Assembly: GCF_000485595.1 (NCBI RefSeq) | Contig: NW_014577064.1 | Coordinates: forward strand, 748,885-806,696 | Direction: 5' to 3' | Length of the DNA stretch: 57,812 bases | Origin: Priapulus caudatus | Lineage: Eukaryota | Program-made: the position numbers and the translations under genes | Notes under the pieces: model-generated | Seen by the model: only the letters and a program-made list of their open reading frames with translations | Database searches by the model: none | What the model was told of the DNA's origin: nothing | In this document: piece by piece, positions 24,997 through 37,242 of the stretch | How positions within the stretch are numbered: the stretch's first letter is position 1 | Layout: each line of letters begins with the position of its first letter

Positions 24997-25661
24997 ATCT
25001 GTGCAAAACACAAGGGACAAACGTGCGCGCGTGCGCAGTGCGCACCACGTTTAAGGAAAAATATTCGAAATTTGTTTATCCATAATAGCTGTCTTTTGAA
25101 TGATTGTTTGATGTTTGACCAAGTTGGAATAACTAAATTTTAAGACCGAAATATTCTTAGTAGTTAAATACCCAATTAGATAAAATAAACATCAATTAAT
25201 GGATTACTAATCATTTCCAATATGAATACTGCATAGAAAATGTAACTTGATGATGAAAATTTTAACATTTGAATAAGATCCCAACATTCTCGGTATTGCT
25301 TTTATCCAAAACAGTTGAATTAGTAAGGTTAACAAGAGCGGCTATTTATAAGGAATGTAAATCACTCACTATGTGGCCTAAACGCTGATGTTTGTTGTAT
25401 GTACTTAAGCCGATTCTATTTCAATATGAATCTTATATATGAATAATATAATAGGGTAAATTATGACAATAACCCTCGCAACATCTTAATATCTTACAAA
25501 TATAGAAAATTTGAAATGTTCCAAATACAAACGTCAGAACTAAGTGCAGAAAAAAAATTGGAGTACTTTAATTTTTAGAAAATATTGATTCGATGATCAC
25601 AAAAGCATTTTAGGATGGTGAAGATGTGCATTTCATGATAAATGAATATTGGATTGCTTAC

Positions 25662-25777
25662 CTGATCAGAGGTATAAACGAGCATTTGAGGTAACCCTTG
25701 CATGCCCATCGTTTTCACATTGGGAAACTTCTTGAATCTAGCCAAATGCAGGCCATACATATTGGATATAGAACCGC
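25662..25777 (-). CDS. CSAD/GADL1-like exon
   Basis: tttacag|GGSISNMYGLHLARFKKFPNVKTMGMQGLPQMLVYTSDQ|gtaagc. PGGSISNMY motif completed across the splice. Confidence 0.92.
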
Positions 25778-27215
25778 CTGTAAAAAATCGGACAGCATAT
25801 CACCGCAAATTATTAATGAGCAATGATCTATTGATTAGTGATACTAAAATATTTAATATTGATAATCACATGGCGTGGGAAATGTGTGTACACTCGCGCA
25901 CGCGCGAGCATGTATGCATGGTTGATGAATCCCTGTGTGCCTTGAAACGTGAAGTGCAATTGGCTGTAGAGATATCGAACAGAACACGCATTCCTATTTA
26001 CGAAACATCTGAATTTACAGTCCTGCTTACAAATTCATTCAGAAATCATACATTTAATATACATACATAATACATTTAGTTCTATGCTGAATCAACAGAG
26101 ACGCCCGATGATATATTAGCAGAGTGCTAAGGGGTGGGGTGGGGGAATCACAGCTACGTGAACAGCAAGCCAAAACAAACTCGATCGATTGAACTCGATA
26201 TTTCTAAAACGCCGGAAACAAATGAAGTCAATCTAAAAGTGGTTGCACGCAGTAGCCGGCCTACGTCATACGATACAATCGATCGAAGCAATTAAACCCG
26301 CGACATATAAATAGGACTGTACGAGAATCACATCTGTAGGCCTATACAGTAGAACGTGTGCGCTCGTAGATATGTCTGGCGTGAGCGGTGTGTGATCGAG
26401 TGTGAGTGGGGAAGGAAAAGCAAAGTATACGTCTAGCGCTATCTGTGTGTATGCGTACATTACAAATTGGCCGTTGTAGAGTAATCACATAGTACTTAAC
26501 GCTCAACAAATGCTCACCGAATGCGAATGAATGAGCCGTGGAGCGAATATAAATTGCTATAAATATATACAGGGTGCGAAATTAACGGGAGTCCGGAGAC
26601 AAATACTCCCTGATTTACTGTCGGACTAGCTCCCTGATTTGACATATGCAGGAGTCCGTGTAACTCCCTAAAAATTCTGCGATGCTGACTAGTTCGTTAC
26701 GGAGCACGGCCTAGCGGAATTACCATATATTTTTCAGCTAATGTCCGAAGAAAATTTGGCAGACATAATATGCATAAATATACATATACATATAATATAT
26801 ATATATATATTATAATATATAAATATATATTAATATAATATTATAATATATAAATATATATAATATAATATATCTACTATATATACTTTTATATATATAT
26901 ATATATTGCCCATCAGAGAGCGATATTTATTTTTAATATTAAATATACTTTACAATATATATATAATTATGCCCATCAGACTGACATTTTATTCTATATA
27001 CCTCTATATAAATATATATATAATATTAATATAAATCTATATCTATATATATATTATCAAGAGTAGGATAATAACACATTGTTTATTATCTACTGTAGAT
27101 ATACTATAAATATGCCCATCAGAGACAGCAGACTGGAAATGCCAAGGAAACCGCAAGAGCATGCGCCTGCTCGTCGTACGGTCAGCGGCTAAGCAGACAA
27201 CAAACTGACGCTGTT

Positions 27216-27372
27216 NNNNNNNNNNNNNNNNNNNNNNNNNNNNNNNNNNNNNNNNNNNNNNNNNNNNNNNNNNNNNNNNNNNNNNNNNNNNNNNNNNNNN
27301 NNNNNNNNNNNNNNNNNNNNNNNNNNNNNNNNNNNNNNNNNNNNNNNNNNNNNNNNNNNNNNNNNNNNNNNN
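27216..27372. other. Assembly gap (N run) with ~70 bp duplicated across it
   Basis: cccatcagagacagcagac...cgtacggtcag occurs at 27114-27184 and again at 27373-27443. Confidence 0.95.
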
Positions 27373-27582
27373 CCCATCAGAGACAGCAGACTGGAAATGC
27401 CAAGGAAACCGCAAGAGCATGCGCCTGCTCGTCGTACGGTCAGGGCTTTAAGCCCCGGTCGGGGCTTTACGCTACCCGGTAGGTACTACCGGTTTTAGCC
27501 CCGGTTATACACGCACGCACCCACCAACGCGCGCGCACGATTGCCAACACTCATAGATATTTGTAGTTTATGTACATCATAC

Positions 27583-27689
27583 CGGGACAGAAGATTCCAT
27601 CTCCCTCTGGGAAGCCAATGAGACCCAGCATCTTCTGGATGACCACATGCTCAGTCATCGTGAAGACGGGTGCAACCTCAAACGTGTAC
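27583..27689 (-). CDS. CSAD/GADL1-like exon
   Basis: ttaaag|YTFEVAPVFTMTEHVVIQKMLGLIGFPEGDGIFCPG|gtatga. 107 nt, phases 2 and 1. Confidence 0.92.
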
Positions 27690-27794
27690 CTTTAAATAAT
27701 AACCATTTCTAAACGAACAGTCCTTGTCGCAGGAGGAACAGCTGTGGCAACGAGCGCAGCAGCAGTTGCAACAAACAGAACCACCAGAAACCAC

Positions 27795-27863
27795 AGCAGC
27801 AGCAACAACCACATCATAATCACCACCACCACCACCATCGTCATCGTCATCATCATCATCATC

Positions 27864-27924
<61 letters not shown>

Positions 27925-27935
27925 CCATCACCATC

Positions 27936-27987
<52 letters not shown>

Positions 27988-28028
27988 GCAGTAGCAGCAG
28001 CAGCAGCAGCAGTAGTAGCAGTAGCAGC

Positions 28029-28059
<31 letters not shown>

Positions 28060-28110
28060 GCAGTAACAGCAGCAGCAACATCATCATCATCACCAACACC
28101 AACAACAACG

Positions 28111-28144
<34 letters not shown>

Positions 28145-28146
28145 CG

Positions 28147-28190
<44 letters not shown>

Positions 28191-28225
28191 ATAGCAGTAA
28201 CAGCAGTAACAGCAGTAACAACATA
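27795..28225. repeat. Compound trinucleotide microsatellite (CAC/CAT/CAA/CAG) in a CSAD intron
   Basis: Directly visible; lies between the 27689 and 28806 exon boundaries. Confidence 0.95.
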
Positions 28226-28805
28226 AGCAGCAGTAGCGAAAGCAATATACAATATTCAAGAGAATGAACAATTATAAGCTGACAAAACAGAGGTATAAGC
28301 GTAATGAGGTGTTTTCGGTAAAAGAGACGACAACTCCTATAGGCAGGATACGCCAACGCCATATACGTTGAAGTAGTCAATTAGCCGCTTACTCAGAACA
28401 CGTATACCTTTACGATTTAGTTACATATGCGTATTTAACAGTTAAAAAAGCAGTTAAAAAAACATATACGCGTTGGCACGCAGCAGCTACCTACGCAAAT
28501 GAACGAAGAATAAAAAACGATGTAAGAAATCGAAAAAAAACCGCGTGATATATATGTGAATCAAGTAGCAATCGAATTCGTGCATCTATACGTGCGTGCG
28601 TGCGCGACTTTCTGTGTGTTTGCGTGTGCGTATATCCATCATATTCGTGGGGAAATGCGTTCGCGTGTGTGTGTGAGTGCGCGCGCGCATCAGCGCCCGT
28701 GTGTGTACGTACCATCACCATCACGTGTAGAAATCAGCAGGGGTAAATAATCTCAAAGGTGATTATTTATTATTATTATTTTTCGGATTATAACCAAATA
28801 CTTAC

Positions 28806-28896
28806 TGGCTGGTGTTGAGGGCTTCAGTTATCCACGTGCCAGCTAGTGCATACTGGTCCAGTCCACCAAACAACTGATTGAAAAACCGTGGATGCC
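28806..28896 (-). CDS. CSAD/GADL1-like exon
   Basis: ttag|GHPRFFNQLFGGLDQYALAGTWITEALNTSQ|gtaagt. FNQLF and NTSQY are CSAD/GADL1-type rather than GAD-type (FNQLS, NTNMF). Confidence 0.92.
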
Positions 28897-28985
28897 CTAA
28901 AGATATTTCACAGATAATAAGAAGATAATAATAGATCAAGAAAAATAAACATTCGTACACACACACACATTCACGCGCGCGCGTG

Positions 28986-29023
<38 letters not shown>

Positions 29024-29170
29024 CGCGCACGCGCACACGCACACGCCACACACACACACACAGGTACGCACGGACGCACGCACTCACGCATGCGCGCGCG
29101 GATACACAGGCACATACGCTCGCACACACAAATTAAAGTGAATGTACACACGATTGCATACGTCTGGTAC

Positions 29171-29264
29171 CTGTCTTCACGCTGTATCTGATCGTATCCT
29201 GGCATGCTTGCTCCAGTTGTTCCTCTGTCGCTGGTTTCTCCCCGATATTTAGATCAGCTTATTT
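29171..29264 (-). CDS. CSAD/GADL1-like exon (contains an in-frame TAA)
   Basis: tttacag|K*ADLNIGEKPATEEQLEQACQDTIRYSVKT G|gtacc. 94 nt; phases 0 and 1 match the flanking exons; YSVKTG motif. Confidence 0.8.
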
Positions 29265-29977
29265 CTGTAAATATTAGGGTTTTAGCCGGTTTACTATTAG
29301 AAATAATCATTATGTATGACGTTATATATATATATATATGGTGTGGATTGCGGAATGTGTGTGTGTGCTGCGCGCGTGCCGCGTGGCGTGGCGTTGCGCG
29401 TGCGCGTGCGATGTGCGTGTGCGTGTGCGTGTGTGTGTGTGTGTGTATGATATGTATATCAAGATTGAATAATCACTAATTTATTTACTCCTGATGTATA
29501 TTTATATGCATGTATAATATATACATATATAAGTGATCCCCGCTTTATTGGGACAGGTCGCGGACCATGATAATATATCACAGTGGACAACTTGTGCATG
29601 AGTCGTGCATACATGCCTACTTCATGCAATCGTCCGTACACAACATGCACTACATGCACAATACACACAGGACACACTAATATAAGGTTTTGATCTAAAA
29701 ATGTTTTGCGAACTAATTACGTTCAGAATCCGCGGAGAAGCCAAGATGCTTCAGTCATTCGATATTGTTCATGTTCAACGTCTACGTTTTTAACGGTTTT
29801 TTTTCTTCTGCGGAAAGTACACACGTTTTTACAATGTCATGTCCCGGCTATCCGATTAAAAATAACGTTCGTAGATATTAATTTCCAAAGACATCAGTCG
29901 CTCCCGTTTATCCGAGATCGGTTAAGCGCACTTCGCTATTGAGAGATAGAGCGGGGGGATAAAAGATGGATTAATCT

Positions 29978-30100
29978 TTAGATAGATAGATAGATAGATA
30001 GATTAGATTAGACTAAGATATATAGATAGATAGATAGATAGACAGAACAGGCAAGACAGACGACAGACAGACGACGGGGATAGAGCGGGAGGGGAGAGCA

Positions 30101-30133
<33 letters not shown>

Positions 30134-30283
30134 GGGAGAGAGAGAGAGAGGAGAGATGGAGAGGAGGAGAGATGAGAGGACGAGATGCTTAGGAGAGAAA
30201 GTAGGAACGCGGTAGAGGGGAGAGGGAGCAGAAAACGAGAAGAGAAAGAAGGAGAGAGAGAGGAGAGAGAGAGAGAAGAGAGC

Positions 30284-30330
<47 letters not shown>
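29978..30330. repeat. (GATA)n and (GA)n microsatellites
   Basis: Directly visible. Confidence 0.9.
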
Positions 30331-30333
<3 letters not shown>

Positions 30334-30597
30334 TATATAGTTATATGTTATATATATACGCCTGTCGCCTATTAACTTCCACTGGAATTAATTAACATTA
30401 CGTCGCTACAATATATATTTACATATTATAGTTAAGAGTTATATCATAGTTATATTATATATAGTTTATATCTAGTATATAACAAGTATATAGGTCAATA
30501 CAGCTAGGGATATATCAGCCTCTTTATCCATTACTACTGCTTTCATATCAACTGCAATTGTTATAGCGCACAGCGACGGCTACGTCAGTAGATTTAC

Positions 30598-30786
30598 CTG
30601 CAGTTCATCGGGATGCAGAAACTCGATCACACGATCAGGGAAGCTGCCGTCGGCCGCAACAACCTTAGACTCAACGAGCATGCGCAGAACCTTCTCCAGG
30701 AAAGCCGAGGCCTCGTTCGGCGGGATGCTTCCGTTTTGTACGAACGAGTTGCAGGTAGCACTCTCCTGTTGGCAGGAAACAGTCAC
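30598..30786 (-). CDS. CSAD/GADL1-like acidic amino acid decarboxylase, first identifiable coding exon (5' boundary uncertain)
   Basis: ...AFLEKVLRMLVE...DRVIEFLHPDELQ|gtaaat resembles the N-terminal KV(V/I)EFxxPEEL segment of group II PLP decarboxylases. The ORF-track start is GTG. Candidate in-phase acceptors give exon starts at 30765 or 30810. Confidence 0.75.
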
Positions 30787-31037
30787 AGTTATTGTTGTAA
30801 GCGAGAAAATCTATTCTGGAAATAATATCAGTGCAAAGAGTATGAATCGCAAAAGGTCAGCTTATTTACAGAGCGCACGAGATAGCTTTGGGAAACCGGC
30901 CAAATTGAGGGATCGCAGAGACAGATCCGAGTATTACTAGGAGTAACGTTTCCAAAACATGGACTGGAAATCGCTGAAAGTAGCGACTTGCAAGCAGCCC
31001 TACTGACAAACAACCTTTTGATCGATGCCTTATGGCC

Positions 31038-31541
31038 TGTAGACTTTCTCCGTATAGAAGGTATATGAGATGGTGCCTCCCGCCACCTTATTTGGTTACA
31101 TATAATGTATAATGTAATAATAAATCGATGACATTGGTTTGGCGACGTAGATGGACTTCGTGGGCGCTAGCTGAGCTGCTTGGTATAAATACAAGTGCAC
31201 GCTTTTTTTTGGTAGATTTCATCTAACTGTGTTAGAGAATTCTGTAAGTGTGTGATACGGGGAGCTAAATCTCTTGTTATTTTTTAAGTCTGACGAGTAG
31301 ATTTTCCAGTGAGAGAGACTCAGTCTGACTTGTACTAAGAGTAGATTTTCCAGTGAGAGAGACTCAGTCTGACTTGTACTTTCTTATCTGTAAATTGTAA
31401 TCTGTAATTATTTATCTGTAAGCTCTTAGTAAATTGTTAAAATTGTTTAAAGTTTCCTAATATTTCTTGCCTTCGTCTTCTCTCTAGTTTCTTACAGTTT
31501 TTCTATACTTCTGTGTGTGTAGCGCGAAATTCGTGTCTACA
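31038..31541 (+). mobile_element. Candidate solo LTR
   Basis: Bounded by TGTAGAC...GTCTACA (perfect 7-bp inverted ends), with TATAAAT at ~31184, a tandem duplication of period 44 (31295-31380) and AGTAAA at ~31428. No clear target duplication. Confidence 0.4.
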
Positions 31542-33294
31542 TGCACTTGGTCCAGGAAAGTTCTGGAAATTGAGCCCATGTTCAGTGTGCCCACATTTTA
31601 CGAATAAGAATAGCAAGTTTAAAATACAGTAGATACAGCCTTTTCACTGTATAAACGGCAATACTACTTGTTTGATGACATATTTTTGTTTACTCACTGT
31701 TGTTAATAATTAAAGATTGTATTTGGCCTATATATCTCGAAATCCTGGAAAATCGACTTTCTTAGTCTTGCAAAAGCCTTGGAAAAAAATCACGATAAAA
31801 TGCTATATCTTCGTTGTACGAAGTCTGTATGCTGAGAGTATACTATTATATTAATTTGCTTGTCTTATTTTTATTGAATTAATTCAATGAATGAGAAAAA
31901 CGCACAAAAATAGATAAAATGGTTGTGTCACCAGCTGTTTAATTCGACTGTAGACTAGCTGTAGTGTTTTTTACAGGTACATTTAGCTCCAAAAAACGGT
32001 CTTGCTAGGGTTAGAAGACTCGGTCGCACAGCCTGGTCGGGCTAAGGTACATTATATGCAGGCTATAGTAAATCACCACATCATGCAGTGATGCCACACT
32101 AATCGCACGACTAAACTAACAGCAAGGGCACGTTCCCGGTGACACTATATTACGCCAGGACGATTCCACACGCGCCTGTGTCCCCATGTTGCTTCAACAA
32201 AACGTACGTAACCAGTCTACGCTGAGCCTGAGTGTGGTTAGAATCAATCGATTTCGCTATCGATTTCGCAATTTAGGTATATCTGCCACTCTAGTGACTC
32301 TACTGTTATAATAATCCCACTAGCGTGCTAGTTTTTACGCATTACGAAAAAACATGTAACAATTAGCACATGAATACCTACCGCAGATTTCCCATTCTCC
32401 ACAAGCGCAAAACCCGACATGCTTGTCTCTACTGTGGTAGACATCATCTTCAAGTTCGACGGAGCTAGTAAACAAAAGAACGAAAAACAAATTTAGCATA
32501 GAGATGGGGAAATCTATATAAGTACTGTATGTGAAGAAGGATTGCAACGTGATATTCAATATCACAAACACTACCCCGGGGCCCGAAAATGCCGGAAAGC
32601 AAATGTCGGTTTATTGTGCCTCGGCGAGGGGGAGGGGGGGGCCCTCCGTCCCTCCGCTGCCCGGCCGCGGCGGCGGCGTCCCTGCTGAGGGCGCCGGGGT
32701 CGGAGCAGGGCTTGGCGTATCTAATCCCTGCAACGCCCTCTGTGCCTAAGTGTGGGCCAGTCGAGTGGCCTAATATGGCCTTCTCGCCACGCGGTCGCTG
32801 TCAACCGGCCTGAGCCGAGAGTGGCCGAGATGCCGCAAGCCGGGTAAGCTAGCCGACGTGGAAAACACGAAGCCTGTGCAGGTGCCAGTGGAGGCCAAAG
32901 TGGACATAGAGCCCATAGCCGCCGCCGGCGCGGCAGTGCCCGCGCGTATACACTGAAGGCGAACCCCAGTAATGAAATGTCAAATATAAGCAGCATGATC
33001 TGGTAGCATCATGAGTGTGTCGAAGGTACCGGCCGGTATGGCGAGCGGCGTATGTTTACGTGATTTATGCTTCAAAAAGTGCTGTGACTTAACACATCGC
33101 GTGACAACATATTCGAGTACAACACATACGCGTACTAGACGTTCCGTGAAATCCGGCTGCAGAAGACCGCCGGGGCGGCGGGGAGGCGCGGCGACGTGGC
33201 GAGGGTCGTGAACCCCGTGTGTGCGCACGCGTGGGGCACCAGTGACGCAATGCTCGAGCAGCGTCACCGCACTGTATTATATCCGTCTACAATT

Positions 33295-33512
33295 CAGTGC
33301 CGTAGCCAGGGGGGGGCCGATGAGTGGCGGGCAGGTCGCCCGGCCTCTCGATCTGTGAGAAGGCTACTGTTATTTAAACCAGCCGGCACTGTCAAAGTCC
33401 GATATAAAACATGCGGCAACACATATGCACCCCGGCCCCCGTCCGCCCCCTTTAGATTAATTCCGGGGGAGTGACCCGCCGGCGGAGATTTAATCGCTGG
33501 CTACCGCCCCTG
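33295..33512. mobile_element. MITE with CAGTGGCGTAGCCAGG-type TIRs (noisy copy)
   Basis: Left end CAGTGCCGTAGCCAGG. Cleaner ends CCTGGCTACGCCACTG are seen at ~37274 and ~41874. Confidence 0.65.
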
Positions 33513-35499
33513 CAGCAAATGGATCATCGTATCGCTGCATGTGGCACGTGTATACATGTCGGTGAGCTCGAGCCATCCGCGAATTTTCTCTCAAACACAC
33601 CCGCTTAACCCCCAAGAGCGAGTCAAGAGAGAACCTTCCTTTATAGGCCCCTCTTGGTTATACTGGAGCCCCACACGACACCGCGGCCGTAGCTCGTCAT
33701 CATCCAGTCGGGCCCCCGCGTGCGAGCCTCCGCGCCGCCTCGCTCTGAATTCGCCCTCACTTTGATTTCTTTGACTCAAACATGAACCTTCCAAACCACA
33801 GAGACCAAAGCGCCAATCTGTAAAATATCTGTTATGCCTAGAGCGTAGAATAAATATAGTTTCGATGACACTTTTACTCATATAAGTAGATAAATATTAT
33901 ATATTCTACTATAATCTTGCAATTCTAGTGTACTATGTATTTCAAATGTCAAACAAGTACTAACACTGGCCAGGTCTCTGTCTCCCTGGGTACGCCGAAC
34001 ACTCTGGTACGGTCCCGTTATACCGGAACGTACCCTGGTACTATCTAATATGCCGGACCGTACCTCGCCCACCTCCACCTAAACGAGTGTAAGGGAAGTA
34101 CGCCTACGCCTACTCCCTAACCCTTAACCTAGACCAATATCAGATATTACCCAGGACGTTCCGCAGGTATCCTGCAGGAGACCCATAGACCTATCAAGCA
34201 AGTTACGCACACATACGTGCGTTAAATACCAAAAAGGTGTTTGTTTACTCTTGCTCAGGTCCAGCGTCAACGAGTACGTAATAGCTCTAGATTCTAAGCC
34301 AAAAATTATAGCCTTTAATATAGTAAGGCTCAGCGAGAGAAGTGATCCGTAGATGGCGCGATATGACGTGTTGTGGATATAGAAATCAAATTAATGCACC
34401 CTAAACCCTAAACCCTAACACCTGAATCTAAATAAAACAAAATTACACCCAAAAAGTATAAACATAAAAAGAGACAAAACACCACAGAAGTCGTCCCCTA
34501 GCGATCACTACCTCTGCGCCTTGTGCAAAATTTCTTATTAAGCTCCTCCGTCCTCCTGCGACGGAGCGAAGTCTACTCAATAAGTACGAGTACGTATACG
34601 TACCAGAAGTTAAGTAAAGACAAATTGTCTTTATTAACTCCGATAGGCTGATACGTACGTATTAGTATACGAGAGCGCGCAGATGATGACCGCTCATAAC
34701 TAAGATTAAGTATGAAAATAACACATTTAACACAAAGAAATTGTAATTATAGTGATATGATTATTTATATTAATATAAAAGTGTGTTTTTCATAGAAAAT
34801 ACATCAGAAAACTTCACTATCTTAACCGATCATAAACAAAACAAATATTACAGATGGCGTTTTGTTCTCTGTTGAAGTTTGTGAGTTCGAAGTCAAATCA
34901 AAGAAGCAGCAAATCAGAGGAGCCCAATCGGATATAACGTGTAGGAAAAATATTACATTCGCGGAGCCGGCGTCCACGAGTCAGTGAGCACGAGCTGCCC
35001 TCCACTGTAACCCCGCTAGCTACCTACTGTCTTTAGTCGTTCCGTGTGGCACCTGGTCGAGGCAGAATACTAGTAATCGTTTACCGTGAGTTCTTATTCC
35101 GCGAAATACTGAGTCACTCGCGGAGAGAGACTCGCCGGGTTACTATTGACTAGCACCTGGCTTCCCTCCGTGCAGGTGCGAGAGTACAGTACGTACCATG
35201 TCTTCAGCGTTCTCTCGCGGTACGCCCCGAATGTTCAATCTATCTGCACTGTGACCGTTGGAAAAAGCGCCGATGAATTTTACTACAAAGTGCTTAAATT
35301 GTTTATCTATTCTTTTCGCACTACTAGTAGAGCAGTTCGTAGTTACACATGCTGCCAATGCGCCGAAACTCTTGCCACGATTCTTCCGGTTCAGGTCATT
35401 GTGAGCAAAATAGTTCAGTATTCGACAGCACAATACACATACCGCTATCTGATACCGCATGCCATCTGGTGTGACTGTCCGTTGCAATGCACAGTCTTC

Positions 35500-36530
35500 G
35501 CGTGTGCACGTAACACGGTGGCGTGCGTGCAGTTGGCAGCGTATTAATGTTCGTTCGGGAGTGCTGGCGTGCGTGTACACGTACCTCGTGCGCGCGTACT
35601 GCCGTGTACACTGCGTGGTTGCGTGCGTGCGTGTGCCTACAGTGTACGTTCGTTCGGGTGTCGTGCGTGTACACGTACTCCGTGCGACGGTACGTGGCGT
35701 ATGCAGCGTACACGTGCGTGCGTATGCACGTCGCGTGCTGCTGCGTGAGTGTGCCACCGTACACCGTGCGGCGGTGCTTTTTGCGTGACGTCGTGCGTGT
35801 GCACATTACGTAGCGTGTGTGCGTGCGTGTGCAGCATTTACGTACGTGTGTGCGTTGCGCTGTGCACGTAGCATGTCGGCGTGCATCGTGGCCACGTACA
35901 GCGTGGCGTGCGGTGCGTGGTGCACGTACACGTGCGCGCGGCGTGTGTGCAAGCGTACATCGTGCGGTGCGTGCGTGGCGTGTGCACGTACACGTGCGTG
36001 CTGTTGCGTGCTGTGCACGTCACACGTGCGCGCGTGCGTGTGTACGTACACGTGCGCGCTTTGCGTGTGTACGTACACGTGCGTGAGTGCGCAGCGTGCG
36101 TGTGCACGTACATGTGCGTGTGTGGTGTCGTGCGTGCGTGCGGGCGTGCGTGGCACGTACAATGTGCGGCGTGCGTGCGTGCGTGTGCGCGTGGCGTGTG
36201 TGGCATGTGTTTTCGCATACTACGTGCGTGCGTCGGGTGGCGTGGCACGTACACGTGCGTGCGTGCCTCGTGCGTGCGTGTGGCACGTATACGTACGTGC
36301 GGCGCGTGCGTGTGCACGTACACATGCGTGCGTGCGTGCGTGTGCACGTACAGGTCGTGCGTCGCGTGCGTGGTGCACGTACGCATGTGCGTGCGTGCGT
36401 GCATGTGCTGTACACGTGCGGTCGTGTGTGCGTGCGTGTGCACGTACACGTGTGTGCGTGCGTGCTGCGGCGTGCGTCCTGCACATACACGTTGCCGTAC
36501 GTCTGCACATACAACGTGCGGTGCGTGGCG
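35500..36530. repeat. GTGC/GCACGTACAC satellite; cleaner copy at 39180-40170
   Basis: Alternating purine-pyrimidine units such as gtgcgtgcgtgtgcacgtacac. Confidence 0.9.
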
Positions 36531-37109
36531 TCTGCGGGAGGGGGGGGCTGACTGGACACATTTTCACCGGCGATTGAGTCGCGCCCAGACTGAGTCGCCC
36601 GATAAAATCGCCGTATGTCTCCGGCCGCTTTAGCTAGGCACACGAGCGATTTTTATCGCGAGATCGCGGCGATTAAAATCGCCAGCGAAATTTAATCGCC
36701 CGTATCCACGAAAGGGGCACGACGTAGCGAATTTAATCGCGCCGATTTTTAACATCAACATGATATCAACACTACGTCGATTGGTTTGAAAAAGCGATCG
36801 GGCGACAAAATAACGCCGGACACGGCACAGCGAGCGAATTTTGCCAGCGTAAATAATCGCCGGCGTAAATAATCGCCCGAAAATATCTAACATTTTGATA
36901 CGGGCGATTCGTGCGGGCGATTAAAATCGGCGTCGACGTGAACGGCACACGGGCGAATTTTCGAGGCGATTTTAAAATTCCGCGATCGGCGATAAAAATA
37001 CGCTCGTGTGCACCCTACTTCAGAACCAAGTAAATATATGTGGCTGAATTTGCTCTAAAAGTTGTTGCTACTTCGTTTTTTCTGAGCAACACGCCGGGTA
37101 CCCGACTAG

Positions 37110-37147
<38 letters not shown>

Positions 37148-37217
37148 ATTACTAACCTATATCTACTCCTGATATATATATATATACTATATAATATAGT
37201 TGCAACACACGTAGATG

Positions 37218-37242
37218 NNNNNNNNNNNNNNNNNNNNNNNNN
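37218..37242. other. 25-N gap between two direct copies of a ~3.6 kb segment (33470-37217 and 37243-40830)
   Basis: The two sides are collinear and differ mostly by 1-nt indels. Confidence 0.9.

Noticed and set aside
27678..28271. Long poly-Q/N/H/L/V ORFs
   Set aside because: Translations of an intronic trinucleotide microsatellite between two decarboxylase exons.
20484..30786. Calling the decarboxylase GAD1/GAD2
   Set aside because: Motifs read FNQLF and NTSQY (CSAD/GADL1 type), not FNQLS and NTNMF. No symbol given because CSAD, GADL1 and ADC cannot be separated by eye.
32575..33300. GC-rich stretch with several short ORFs
   Set aside because: Noisy sequence with no recognisable domain or consistent splice signals.
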